From assembly GCA_030248215.1 (NCBI GenBank), contig JASANG010001519.1, positions 1 through 64,000 of the forward strand: a DNA stretch of 64,000 nt, given 5' to 3'. Below, piece after piece: positions 53,641-64,000 of this stretch; position 1 is the first letter of the stretch; each line of letters begins with the position of its first letter. Source of the stretch: Enoplolaimus lenunculus. Lineage: Eukaryota. The notes below the pieces were generated by a model. The model saw only the letters and a program-made list of their open reading frames with translations, made no database searches and was not told the origin of the DNA. A program made the position numbers and the translations under genes.

Positions 53641-55254
53641 ATGGCTGCAATACGACATACTCTTGAACGCGAATTGTTTCAACCAGACGATGAGCGGTTG
53701 CTTAGCGTTTTGCATGTTACAAAATCGGGCGGTGGCAAGAAAAAACAGGGTGGATTTTTGTGTGTTACAAGTAAAGTGGTTTCATATGTTGGCATTTGTT
53801 TCTTTAAATTTTAACACAACAAAATGGCACAAATTTGGCTAAATTATTTGCAATAATGACCATTAATCTTAAGTCTCCAAACTCACTTGTTATTGAGCTT
53901 TATTATTATGCCTCGATATTATGGCTTTTGCCTATGAGTGCTAAACATATAAGGTTAGCGGCTATAGCACGTGAAAAGAATTTTTGATATCGAAAGTACG
54001 TACAATTAGGTTTCTTGTTGTATTCAGTGTCCGCAGAGCCTCCAGTTTCCGTCCATTTATATCACGTCAAAAAGTCGGAACGCGGACAAGCGATTTATAA
54101 GCGAAAGCGAGCTTGGTTACTCCGGGATCTTCGAATCGTTGATGGAATTAACCCCAGAAAGGTATATGCTTGTCTGAATTTCAGTGTTGTTACTTAGTAC
54201 TTACTGTTGGTTCATAGCTGTATTGAGTACGCAATCGTAACTAAGCCAGTTCTTGTAAGCATAAATTTGTTTTTTTGTGTGTTTAAACATGATTAAGTAA
54301 TCATGTTCGGGAGAACCAAATATTTTCACCACGCGCTGCGGGTTTCCCTCTATCTTATTTTAAGCAAACAATCAGTGTGCGTTTGATGCGTTTTTTGCAA
54401 CGAACTAACCGATGTTCCCCAAGTACTTTTGCGTAACCTATATATAATTGACACCAGTAATCCGTAGTTGCACACATGTGTAACTATCTTAAAATACACT
54501 GTGTTTTGGCGTATGTTTAGAAGGAATTAATCAAGCAAATCTGTTCTTAAGCCTCGAAAGTACAAGTTTTTAGCCTGTGTGGTACCAGTAAGAATGATAG
54601 ACCCCGGCATCCGTCATCCGCAGAGGAAAATACCCGTCCAAATTGATGCCTGCTTAGGACCATATACAAATAACATACATGTTAAAGTATACGCATGATA
54701 CAAACAGGCTTCGTCTTTAATAACAACACAGAGAAAAAGTAAACATCTTCTATCATCGCAATAGCAAATACAAATCTCCTGGAATACTGCCAAAAATACG
54801 TATGTAGGGCGTTCCAGGTTTAATATATACGTAGATTTAATTAATTAACTAACAGCTTGCAGTATATGGCCCTTACGATTGCTTTATTTGTATATACCGC
54901 AGTTAGACGTGCACACCTATTCAACTTACTTAAATAGTGCAAGTGCCTTGGAACTGACTTGTAAAATATGAAATTTAATATTTGTTTGCATACCGGTGAC
55001 AGAACACAGATAACTTAGTTAAATATATAGATTTATAACCTTATCACAACGTTATGTTACCAGTAAAGTAGCGCTGAAAAAATATGAAACCACACTAATA
55101 ACAGTAAGACTATTCATGTCACAGAAATAAAGCGTTCTTTATTTGTTAATATTTTTAGCAAATTCCCGATTTTGAGTTGACTCTGGATAAAGTTTATCAA
55201 TGGCAAGCAACTAACATAACTGAGAAAGAACCGTTCATTCGTCAACTTTGGAAG
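53641..55254 (+). CDS. EXOC1: Exocyst complex component 1 (Sec3), N-terminal PH-like region, first 3 exons; gene continues beyond what I can resolve
   Basis: Exon 53641-53770 (MAAIRHTLERELFQPDDERLLSVLHVTKSGGGKKKQGGFLCVT), exon 54028-54161 (VHLYHVKKSERGQAIYKRKRAWLLRDLRIVDG) and exon 55159-55254 (PDFELTLDKVYQWQATNITEKEPFIRQLWK) match the recognisable EXOC1 N-terminus. Confidence 0.88.
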
Positions 55255-55737
55255 GTAAGTTTGAGAACAATTTATTTACAGAAAATGTTTTGCTAACCTT
55301 CTAATATGTATGTACAGAAATGTACAATGATACACGCTAGTTCTTGCGGTTCGTTTTGAAAGTTTGCTAGCCATGTATGAGGATTTCACGGTTCACCCGC
55401 TCAAATTCACCGTGGTCAGGAATTTTAGCAGTTCAACTTCTGGTTCGAAGAAAATCAATAAAGTTGTGTTGGTGTGGTTTGTTTTAAAATGTAATGGTTA
55501 GCCGAATAAAAAATTCTAAACACTAATATTCGTTACTTGATTTTTAACAACTAGAGCTTAATAGATTACAGCCAAAAATATTCATGGGGAGATTCCTAAT
55601 TCTTGCTGCTTTGCAGCTAATGGTGCTGTTTTAAGTGGAATTTATGTAAGTATGTAAAGCCTTGCTAGTCGATCGTGGAACATTAGATTCCATGCTGCAA
55701 CCTAATGTTCGGTTTAGATCAAAATTGATATTCGGCC

Positions 55738-58700
55738 TCGTCGTGGTTGTTGTTGTAGCTGCAAGCGATCATCATAGTTCGAGGTTCAGGAACTGAGCTG
55801 CAGCCAGTGGTTGAGATCAGAGGCTGTTGACCTGCAATGCCATGGGCTTGGCTGGACAGCTGAATAGATGGTGGGCGTCATGAGGCGCGCCATTGCAGTC
55901 AGGACATTGGTCACTTGCAGTGGGGTAAATGCGTGCCTTGTAGCTCCCCAGGGCTGTAGCTGGAACGTAGCTGCGCCAGGGTGCAACGGGTGGTACGGGG
56001 CAGCAGTTTCTCATCTTTGTGTACAGCGGGTGCCGCTGGTGGGAAACCACTTAACCATACGGCATCGGTGTAGCCCTGGACGTAGTCTGTCACCGCTGTT
56101 TTGTGTAGCTTTTGCAGGCCTTCTTTGTAGACTGCAGGAGTGACGTCAGGAGCTGGGTTGATGTTGATGCTCTGGAGATCCGCAAGGTGAGCGCCACGCG
56201 AGTGCTCCGCAGCTTGCGGGAGCGTTGAGATGGAGGTAGCGTGGTGTGGTGATCAGGTCGGTCTGGCAGATGTGCTCCAAGTAGAAACTGGCGACTAGCA
56301 GGTCATTATGTTCGCGAGCTGACAGGAGTTCAGCTTCGGCGTGCAGGTGTTTGACATCAGTCATGAGGTGGCAGCCTGTGGCAATGCGGATGGCTCCATT
56401 CTGGGTGGCTTGGAGACGCTGCCATGCGCTCTCAGACAGATTCGGCGACCAAACAGGGGATGCGTTGTTGAGAACGCTGCGGCCAATGGCTTTGTAGGTT
56501 GCCAGGATGACTTCTCGGCTTTAACCCCAACTGGTGCCGGCAAGCTTCTTGAGAATGTTGTTGCGCTTCTTGACCTTCTTGTTGATGTTCTCGGCGTGTG
56601 CCGTGAAATGCACAAGGTTATCGAACGTAACACCGAGGAGCTTGGGTTGCCGGATGGCGGGAATGCGCTGGTTGTCAATGTTAATGTCAAGAGCGGCGTT
56701 TACTTGGTGGTGGGAATACTCTGGTTGTCAATGTTAATGCCAAGAGCGGCGTTTACTTGTTTGTTCCATGTAGTGAAGAAGGTAGCGGATGACTTCCCGT
56801 GTGACAATTGGTTGCTTCGCCCACTAAACCAGTTGGACAGATCGGTTAGGTACCCGTTGATTCGGTCTGAGATTTCTTGTAGGTGTTCTGCGCCCTTGAG
56901 ATTCGGATTACCCTTTGCATACCCCGTGCAGTCGTCAGCATACGAACCAAGCTTGGCGTCAGGCGGTGGCGTCGGAAGACCAGCCATGTACGCATAGAAA
57001 AAAAGCCCCGGTGACAAAACTCCACTTTGGGGCACGCCTTGTTTGACTCTTCGGCGCGACGATACAGATCCACGAAAGTCCACATATGTTTGTCTACCAG
57101 ACAGGTAAGCACATAGCCATCGTTTCGTTGTACCGGCAGCGCGGTATTGTTGACAATTTGTATCTGCGTGCGGAGGTTGACAGGGTCGAACCTGATTTCA
57201 GATCCAATGCAACAGCAATTGTGCGAAGAGCAGGCTTTGGGTGGTTAAGGCCACATGGAGGAGACAGTGGAGAACAGTTGATGTAGAGCGACCCTTTTTG
57301 AAACCGTGCTGGTGTTGGGCAGATGGCAGGTTGACAGCTGGCTCGGCAATAGGAGACGCTCGACTAGCGTGGCGACAGGTGACAGCAACGCAATGGGACG
57401 TTAGCTCTTCCCGTCGTCGACCGGCTTGCCTGGCTTGAGTATCGGGATGATGCGACCCACTTTCCACAGTGGTGGAACCAGCAGTTACTTGAGCGAAAGG
57501 TTGATAACACAGGTGAGGTAAGCCAAACCGCTGGGGCCCAGTTTGTGAAGGTGGATAGGTGCGAGACCATCTGGGCCTAGAGCCTTGGAGACCTTTGACT
57601 GCTTGATGGCGGCAGCAACTTGTTGCACAGAGAAACTCACGGCGTCACGTTCGATGGTTTTGATATCACGAAATGGACGACGAGCAGCTCTGATTTCTTC
57701 TCGGCGGAGACCCTGGTTGTCGCCGATAAGTCGCGGTGTAAATTGACGGTTGAAGTTGGTAGCACACTTCTTCGGGTCATAATTGCATTCTCCATCGAAC
57801 CGTATGGGCTGGTTGCTGGGGTTTTGACATCACCGTTGAGCGACTTTATGGTAGACCACAGGCGTTTTGCGCCCGTGCGTAGGTCACATTTGCTGAGATG
57901 CTCCAGCCATTTGGTGCGCCGGTGTTCATTGGCGATTTGGTTGACTTGTGCAGCGAGTTCCTTGATACGGGGGTTTCCAGGGTCAGATGGTTGCAGGGAG
58001 TCGCGATTTTCAGCCAACTCGGCGGCTTCACGAGGCAGGCTTGGGCTAACGACAGGGATACGGCCAGCAGGAATATGATGCGATGCTGCTGCGACTGCGG
58101 TTTTGCGGAATTTCTGTTCGCCTTTAATAACTGACGTTGGTTGCGGCAACGAGGAGAAGACAGTTTCGGTTTCTTCACGGAAGCCATTCCAGTCCGCCTT
58201 GCAGAAGTTGATGTACGTTTGGCGCGGCGCTGCGACTTTATCAATACGCTGCAACTGTTTTATGAGAACTGCCTGGTGATCGGATCCAAGTGCTGCTTCG
58301 GTAAACCAGGTTGCATTGGTGAACAGTGATGGACTGGCTAGAGTGACATCTGGTGAGCTGTGGCGGTTTCTTGTAACGCGGGTGGGTGTATCTTCATTCA
58401 GAACTCCGAACTCGGAATTATCGATGGCGTCAGCTAGGTCTTTGCCCCGCGCATCTGCAGCGAGGGCTTAGTACCACAGTCCGTGATGAGCATTGGCATC
58501 ACCCATGATAATCGAGTCGTCCAACCGCAGCAGTTGGTCAATGAATAGTTGGTAGCCTGGGCTACAGCTCGAGTTTGGGGGACAGTATATGTTGATGAAG
58601 TTAACTTCCCCGTCGGGTGTTTTGACCGCTATGACAAGTTGTTCTAAATGTTCGTCGTTTGCAGGTAGGTTGAGCTGCAGTTGCGGAAGGGAACGGTGTC

Positions 58701-59111
58701 CTTGACGATGAACCCAGTCTTCCGCCTTTCTTGTTTTGACGTCCTCACGAAGGACGGTGGTGCCGGGGGTTGATTTCAGTGTAGTTGTCTGCCGCAGGAG
58801 CGTTTCTTGCAGGGCAGCGACATGGATGTCGCGTTTGACCATATAATCTAGGAGGTTGTCGAGCTTGCCATAGAGACCATTGATGTTTAACTGCAATAGG
58901 TTGAATGACCCACGGGGTATCATTGGGGTGGGTGCGGCTTGAGCATTCGTTGTTATGACACTGCCGGGGCCTGACTGTATAGAGCAGCAGGGGCCCGTAA
59001 AGCTGGCAGACCACATAGATGAATTGACTAGACCAGAGCACTTGAAGTGGAGCCATCCTCGACACTGATTGCATAGGACGGATGACTGACGTTTGACGTA
59101 GATGGTTTTTG
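55738..59111 (-). mobile_element. Decayed non-LTR retrotransposon (PHD remnant, APE endonuclease, RT, C-terminal CCHC), in the putative EXOC1 intron
   Basis: APE motifs LLQLNINGL, ALQET, NIYCPP, MGDANAHH. RT motifs QHGFKKGRST, GVPQSGVLSP, YADD. C-terminal CPDC..PHDAHHLFSCP. Degenerate (ACA)n tail near 55740-55757. Candidate TSD TATTCGGCC (55729-55737) / TATTCCGGCC (59112-59121). Many frameshifts and stops. Confidence 0.9.
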
Positions 59112-59125
59112 TATTCCGGCCATGA

Positions 59126-61504
59126 TTAACAGCATTTGGAGCAAGCCGGCCGGATCATAAGCTCGCTATACTCTCAGTCTTGTTTCGCTGACGTACGGCA
59201 GACTTCAGAAAACTGATGATCCATATTCGGATCATTGTCCATGAATGGGGACGGGGGTTTTGTTGACGTGAAATCAATATCTTAATATAAAAAACAAGTA
59301 AATTATAGATAAATGACCAATGGGCAATGTTTAAAGAAGTATTTCTTTGCATTTATATTTATTTTCTTTTTTGTGACTGTTAGACAGTAAACAATTTCAA
59401 ACGTTAGTTATAAGTACACGGTTGGCGTACACAATTTTTAACAATTATAAGTGTACGGTTCAAGATGTTCTGGGCGCGATAGACGAAGACGACGAAATTG
59501 ATCGAGCAGACGTGTTTATCGAGCCGCCAACCGACGACGCTTATAGCGAACAGGGCAGCGGTGATGAAGATGGTGGCGGTACTGCAGACAATTTAAGTGG
59601 CAAACAGCTCCAATCAAGGTTTTCGGTAAAGTTTGTTAGACATGGTGTAACCGAGACTATTGGTGAACTCGAGGATTCTGATAGCGATGGTGATGAAGTG
59701 TATGTTCCTCCCAAAAAAGCTTCCAAACTATCAGGAACAGTTCGCAAGCCTGCTCGGTCACAAGATACGCCCATTATTTCTGATACAATATTGTCAAAAC
59801 GGGATCTCAACCGCGAAATTTCTGATTTCAGCATTGCTGTAAAGACGTTTACAATAACTCAAAGACCGTCAACTTTTTTTGTTATTTTTTAATGACGAAG
59901 TATGTTCGTACTTGGCCGAGAATTTTGTTAAATATGCACGCGGTGATGGAGACCTAGATTTTGAAACCAATACAAGCGAAATTAAGTGTTTTATTGCCAT
60001 CCTCTTGCTTTCCGGCTACTTGTAAGTTCCGCGATGGTGGCTTCTTTGAAAAGTATGTTCAGAGACTTTCAATGATGAAGCAGTAAGCAGCGCAATGAGT
60101 CTGAAACGATTTGAAAAATTGAAGAAATACAGTCACTGCGCCAATATTGACATGATTGACAAGTCTGATAAGTTTGCTAAAGTTAGTAAGACCATTGCTT
60201 TCAGTGATAAATTTTTTGCAATTTGCGAATAGAGAGCAATGTTTATGGGTACCATACTTCGGAAAACACAGGGCTAAGCAAATCTTACGTGGCAAGCCAA
60301 TCCGAATGGGTTACAAAGTCTGGTGCTTATGCAAACGACTGGGGTATATAGTACAGTTTAAACCGTATCAGGGTTCTGGATTTCCTGCGCACGACCCGAA
60401 GCTTGGTCTTGCTGCATCTGTAGTTGTCGAATTATTATCAGAATGACCCACGGACATACCTTATAAAGTCTACGGCAATCGATTTTTTCCTCTCTAAAAC
60501 TTGTGCAGCATTTGCAAGAATGAAACATTTACTACACAGGAACCGTAATGGCTAATCGTATGGGAAATGTGCTCTTACAGACCCCAAAACTTTGGCTAAA
60601 AAGCCGCATGGATCATTTGATTATATGTCGGACGAGGACCAAAAATTTTTTAGTAGTATCGTGGAACGATAACAACGTGGTTACTGCAATTAGCTCTTGC
60701 GATCCTTTGTATCCGTTGCGTAAAACAATGCGTTGGAACTCGCAGGAAAAATAGAAATGCCCTGTCGATCAACCAGCGCTCATAGCGACCTATAATAAAT
60801 TTATGGGTGGTGTTGACAGGCTGGATCAAAATATCAGCAGTAAGAAATGGTGGTGGTCTATGTTCACTTATGCTATCATACATCGATGCAAAACGGTTGG
60901 CAGCTGTTTAGGGAAGTATCTGGCAATAATAACACTTTCGACTTTATGGCATTTACTAGAGGTATAGTGAAGGTCTATTTGACGAAGTACGGTACACCAC
61001 GCGCGTGCCCTGGTCCAAAACGCCGCTTTCTATTGATGAAAGAGTTCCATGGGAAATTCGGTATGATCGAATGGATCATTGGATTGTTTTGGCGCACACT
61101 CAACTGAGGTGTGCTTTTTGCAACAAAAACGCCACGCGAAAATGCGAGAAGTGTAATGGTAAATTGCTTCAAACTGTACCATGAAAATTTAACACTTATT
61201 TAAATCACATGACGTGAATATGCATATGAATATTCTGCTGATAATTTAAAGGTATTTGACAGTTTCGTTTGTTATTTCAGCTGTTTGTGTTGACTTTAAT
61301 TTGTTTTTTCAGTGAAATTTTTGTCTAACAACCCGTACCCATTCATGGACAATGGTCCAAATTTGGATCATCAGAAAAATTAATTTGTTTTTGACATGAT
61401 CTGATAGAAATCGATTTTAGCTCGTTTTCAGTATTACGGCTTTATATGGAATGGTAATGTACAGATTAATAAACTAAATCAATTCCGGCCAAAAACGGGT
61501 TTAA
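59126..61504 (+). mobile_element. Decayed piggyBac (PGBD2/3-like) transposon
   Basis: Fragmented transposase: IEPP...DEDGG...NLSGKQL, VPYFGKHRAKQILRGKPIRMGYKVWCL, VSWNDNNVVT, YNKFMGGVDRLDQ, and a Cys-rich C-terminus. Subterminal inverted repeats at ~59213-59255 and ~61332-61374. TTAA at 59126 and 61501, but the true termini match poorly. Confidence 0.85.
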
Positions 61505-63133
61505 CAATATTTATTACTGTGATTTTGGTTTGAGATGTCAGAATTCAGTATTTATCCGAAGAATCGCCGTTGTGTCAAAACACTTCTGCGAACAAAATAA
61601 CAGATTACAGCAAGGAAGTAGTGTGTAATTAATGTGATTTTTCTTTTTATTGAAATGTGAGGCCGCTGATATCTAACTCCTGTAAAATTGGTAATTGATA
61701 TGAGGACGCACCGGAACGAATAGCAACATCAAACATACTGGGTTGTAGTTGTATTTTTTATAATTTGACATTTAATCTCATTGCATAATACTGAAGGTAA
61801 GCTAAAATTGTCGATGTATTTGGCAGTTCACGGTTATAGATTAGTGATGGTCACTGGAGCCCGGATACCAGGATAATTTCTTATCGGAGTACGTATTTGG
61901 CAGGCCTCAAATATTTGGATAATCCAGATAAATAGCTAACCAAGGTGTACAAATAACTTCGGATTCAGTGCGATATTCGGAAAAATTGAACGGTCAGAAT
62001 CGGACATCGTGCATGATCGGTTTTGAAAACGCAGAATGCAACATGGTTTGGCAACACATGTTAGTGTTTTTGACAATGAGTCGAAAGAAACGAGCACTTG
62101 GGGTTCTTGACCTCGACCCATACTTAATGAATTAAGGTTTGGATAATTCAATTCTGCTAGTTACATAATGTGGCTTGTCAAATGGTCACATTTTAATTTT
62201 AAACAAAACTTGTATCTTACTCGTAAATTAGGATATTACCTCACCAGATTTCCTGTTTCGGCCGAAATTACTTTAGGTCTGTAGTCTGTACCTAAGGTTT
62301 ATGGCGTCCTCCTACATTTTCAGTGTCGAGTAGCATCATAACCTCTATATAATGTACACTTTAGAAACCTGGAATATAACGCAAATATACCACTACTGAG
62401 GGTATTAATCCCCCAGGTTGAACCAGAAGAATTCCTCCATTTTTCGTTTGCTCCCAGGTTTTCCCTTTATACAACCTGGCGAAGCCCATCCCTCTGAAAA
62501 TGTTAATAGGGAAAGACCAAGATAATATGAAAATATGTGTACACGGCAATTTGCATACAATGTTGGTCGATGTTGGATGGTGCTCACAGGCACTTAACTA
62601 GTCAAAAAGTATAGATAGCACTATCGTATTCATAATGTTTGAGCAGACACAACTTCAATTTGCATTTTAGTCGACAACTTACAAAACAGTTTCGGGAGAA
62701 ACATTATCATGAGCGTAATTGCTTGCGGTACATTACAGTTTAATTCTGTACGTTTGATGTCTTGTTTGAATTGAGTGTATAATTTCAGTCGTATTCAGAT
62801 TGTGTATACCACAGTTTTGCTCTAAAACTATTGCAGTATTAGAATGTGAGTTTTTATATTTCGTTTACCGTATTTATTTATATATATTTTGCAATGGTTT
62901 GAGAAATATTACTGTTATGTGTTCTATTTCGTTCTGCAACTAATTCTGTAACAATATTTTTGTTTAAGCCGAGCGTTTTCAATCAAACTACATGCATTGC
63001 ATTATGTTTCCGGTTAGCGTTGTTTTGTTGAGTAAATTCATTGCACAACTAGTTTAGTTTTACCGGAGGTTTGTTTGAGCCTGCTGCTGCTGGTAACGTT
63101 TAAAATCGAACCATAAATTTCTTATTCTATATA

Positions 63134-63533
63134 TAGGGTGCAACCGTCATTCTGGTTCCGGCATTTTTTCATCTTCCGGTTCCGGCATTTTTTCATCTTC
63201 CGCTTCCAGTAAATTTTTTACCAAAATTAACAATTACGGTATTAAATTTAAGTCGGTGGAAATGAAGCTTTATGCTCAAAAATGACGATTAAAATGAAGT
63301 AGTTTTCATTAGTATAGTGCACAAACCTTGACAATCCTTGAAAGCAAACCGGTAAACATAGATTTCGGTTCCGTGATTAACGAAAATTTAAAATACAGCA
63401 GAGTAAATAAACATCTATCTTCAACTAAGGGGTTATTCTACCATTTGTATACCAAAAAATTAAAATGAATTTTTCGGTGGCATGTATTTTAAACATTCCG
63501 GTTCCGGTAAATTGTAATTTTGTTTGCACCCTG
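63134..63533. mobile_element. hAT-like MITE
   Basis: TAGGGTGCAACCG...TTGCACCCTG, with internal sequence shared with 21477-21873. Confidence 0.7.
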
Positions 63534-64000
63534 ATTTATACTTTGATATGTTAGAGTAGAGATAATAGCATATAATCGCAAGTGTGCTTTATATCGAAAT
63601 ATTTACATTATAGGTTAATTGTTTTTATACTATATTACTTCTTAGAATCAATTTGGTCGATGTAATATAATTGTGATTACAGTTTCATTTTATGCTACCT
63701 ATATAACAGGTTTTGTTTATTATTGAGCGTAAAAAAACCAGAACTATCCTTCTTGCTTCCGGCCAGAACAGGAAACGGAACTTTTCCACTTATTTCCCAT
63801 TTAAGTGTTAATATGTTATTTTTTTATTTGCTTGCGGTTGGATATTAATTTACCGTTAATGTTGAGTTTTATGTTTGATTTGCAATGAGTCTGTAGAATA
63901 ATAAATGGGAAAATTCAGTTAATTCATTGAAACAGGGTTGGAGCTGGCTTATTCTGGACCTGGCCGTGAGTGCCAGGCCATGTGCCTAAAGTATTAGGCC

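Noticed and set aside
56341..58329. Plus-strand ORFs of up to 218 aa
   Set aside because: Antisense shadows of the GC-rich LINE coding sequence.

Overview
Intron-rich, AT-rich, transposon-dense animal genomic DNA, probably nematode-like: TTTCAG acceptors, TTAGGC repeats and a SUMO close to C. elegans SMO-1. The taxon is an inference. Six host genes can be spliced by hand: Vang/Strabismus (+), DDX47/RRP3 helicase (+), HDDC2 (-), a SUMO gene absent from the ORF track (-), VPS33A-like (+) and the 5' part of EXOC1/Sec3 (+). Mobile DNA includes a Ginger1-type transposon encoding an integrase fused to a Ulp1-like protease, a decayed PHD-APE-RT LINE, a decayed piggyBac and many nested MITEs. The MITEs are Merlin-like, hAT-like, Tc1-like and CACTA-like, and several have readable target-site duplications. 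No prokaryotic-type systems such as CRISPR are present. The most interesting items are the Ginger-Ulp1 element near the SUMO gene, the hidden SUMO gene with an apparent 1-nt frameshift in exon 1, and a Merlin-like MITE carrying telomeric repeats.
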